A stretch of DNA of 64,000 bases from Antechinus flavipes (lineage: Eukaryota). The stretch lies in assembly GCF_016432865.1 (NCBI RefSeq), contig NC_067403.1, positions 244,466,001 through 244,530,000 of the forward strand, in the 5' to 3' direction. A program made the position numbers and the translations under genes. The notes under the pieces are model-generated. The model made no database searches. It had not been told where the DNA came from and saw nothing but the letters and a program-made list of their open reading frames with translations. Shown here piece after piece: positions 62,439 through 64,000 of this stretch (within the stretch, counting starts at the first letter, position 1; the number at the start of each line of letters is the position of its first letter).

Positions 62439-63319
62439 TATTTTCTCTGATGCTCATCTGTTCTATGATGATTCTGGAATAGCATTCCCATTATCTCCTT
62501 AGATCTCATTTTCCATTTTTTTCTGTAAAAATAAAGATAGCAGATTATACAATCTCCAAGCATTATGAGTAAATTTTAATATTACTTTAAACTCTGCCAA
62601 AGTATGTTTTGTTATTTTTTTTTAGCTTTGAAATTTTTTACTTTACATTGTTTACTAAAGTCCATTCTAGAGCTGAAATTTTTTGGCATGTTTTCCAGTC
62701 CTAATCTCTTAATTTTGTCTTTGTAGCTTCAAAACAGCCCTTCTTCCCTATCATTCTATGTCATATATTTATAGCTCCCTCCAATTATAAAATTCTAGAT
62801 TTTCTCCTTTAAAATTGCTTCTATCTAAAAAATCCTCTCATGTAAAATATTCTGACTGACATTTCAAATGAAATGTTGATTAATTCTTGTATTGAGGAGG
62901 CACGGACTGAAGTGGGGAAATATTTTATGAAATATAAATAAGTACAAAAAATATACATTTGAATATCATTATCAATACCTATTTTTTTCTAAAGGATATT
63001 GTTTCTGGGAAGTAGAAAAATATACTTGTACAAAGAGTAATATGGAAACAATCTAAATAATTTTTTTTCTCAAATATTATTGACATTCTAAGTACTTTCC
63101 TTCCAGTCTTTGGTGATGTTCTATTCCTTTCTTGGAATGATGGTTTTCTACCCACTGTTCATCTTTTATCCGAATCATTACTTTATTTCAAATGTCAATT
63201 CTATTTCCACACCTTCACCATTTGCTTCAGAGATTTTAGTCGCTTCTATCAAAGTAATGTTTTATTTAATTAATATAAAATCTGCTTTCTATTTAAGCAC
63301 TCTTTCTGGAAACATTGTA

Positions 63320-63425
63320 GGTTGAGTCCTGCTCTCAGATAAAGGAAGAAATTAGTCTCAATCTTGTCTCAGTTACTAAATAGTTCTATAGCCTAAGTAA
63401 ATAATTAAAGTCTCTTAACCATATT
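63320..63425 (+). mobile_element. MIR fragment
   Basis: gctctcagataaaggaag...tctcagttactaaatagttctatagcctaagtaa...tctcttaacc. Confidence 0.45.
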
Positions 63426-64000
63426 TTTTTTCTTTTAATACTAAAACAATTACAAATATAAAAAGCACCCTACATTTAAAATTTATAATTTCATAGGATG
63501 ATTTTAATGATTATAATGATGATAGTAAATGTTGATTTACTTCATTTAATTCTTTCTTTCAACTTTTTTCTCCTCCTCTTCCCTTTATTTTATTTTCCNN
63601 NNNNNNNNNNNNNNNNNNNNNNNNNNNNNNNNNNNNNNNNNNNNNNNNNNNNNNNNNNNNNNNNNNNNNNNNNNNNNNNNNNNNNNNNNNNNNNNNNNNN
63701 NNNNNNNNNNNNNNNNNNNNNNNNNNNNNNNNNNNNNNNNNNNNNNNNNNNNNNNNNNNNNNNNNNNNNNNNNNNNNNNNNNNNNNNNNNNNNNNNNNNN
63801 CATTTTTACACATAAACAGAAATACACAACTACCTTAATACACATCAAATAAATAATTCACATCAAATAAATAATTCATTTTAAGACATTTATATTTTAT
63901 AAATAAAGTTTGGATGATAAAATCATAGTAACATAAAATATGATGTTTATTTCCCCTCAGGTACTAATTGTCATCTAATAATTTTTCTCTTTTGTGAGTA

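Noticed and set aside
15799-63848. ORFs containing long X runs
   Set aside because: Artefacts of reading through assembly gaps.

Overview
AT-rich (roughly 30% GC by eye) vertebrate genomic DNA from a draft assembly with six N gaps. The repeat content (WSINE1-like and Mar1-like CORE-SINEs, marsupial-type L1 3' ends, MIR, L2, CR1/L3) indicates a marsupial, probably a dasyurid such as the Tasmanian devil; this assignment is an inference. The window is part of a tandem olfactory receptor cluster. It holds five intact, single-coding-exon class II OR genes, all on the minus strand and 12-16 kb apart, whose motifs best fit the OR10AG1-like subfamily. The rest is L1 fragments (several with readable target-site duplications, one nested inside another), three solo ERV LTRs each with a 6-bp TSD, old SINE/LINE relics and microsatellites. 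I found no new protein-coding system. The most interesting signals are non-coding. (1) A recurring promoter-like module, the homeodomain motif TTTTTAATGAGA about 230-270 nt upstream of a consensus splice donor, lies upstream of three ORs and resembles the mouse H/P-element 13-mer. (2) An orphan ~600-bp paralogous copy of the 3' flank of the fifth OR may be the ghost of a deleted OR gene. (3) The fourth OR is bracketed by two related, independently inserted, same-sense solo LTRs. (4) One L1 is internally deleted and retains only ORF1 plus its 3' end. All alignments and repeat calls were made by eye, and repeat boundaries without a TSD are approximate.
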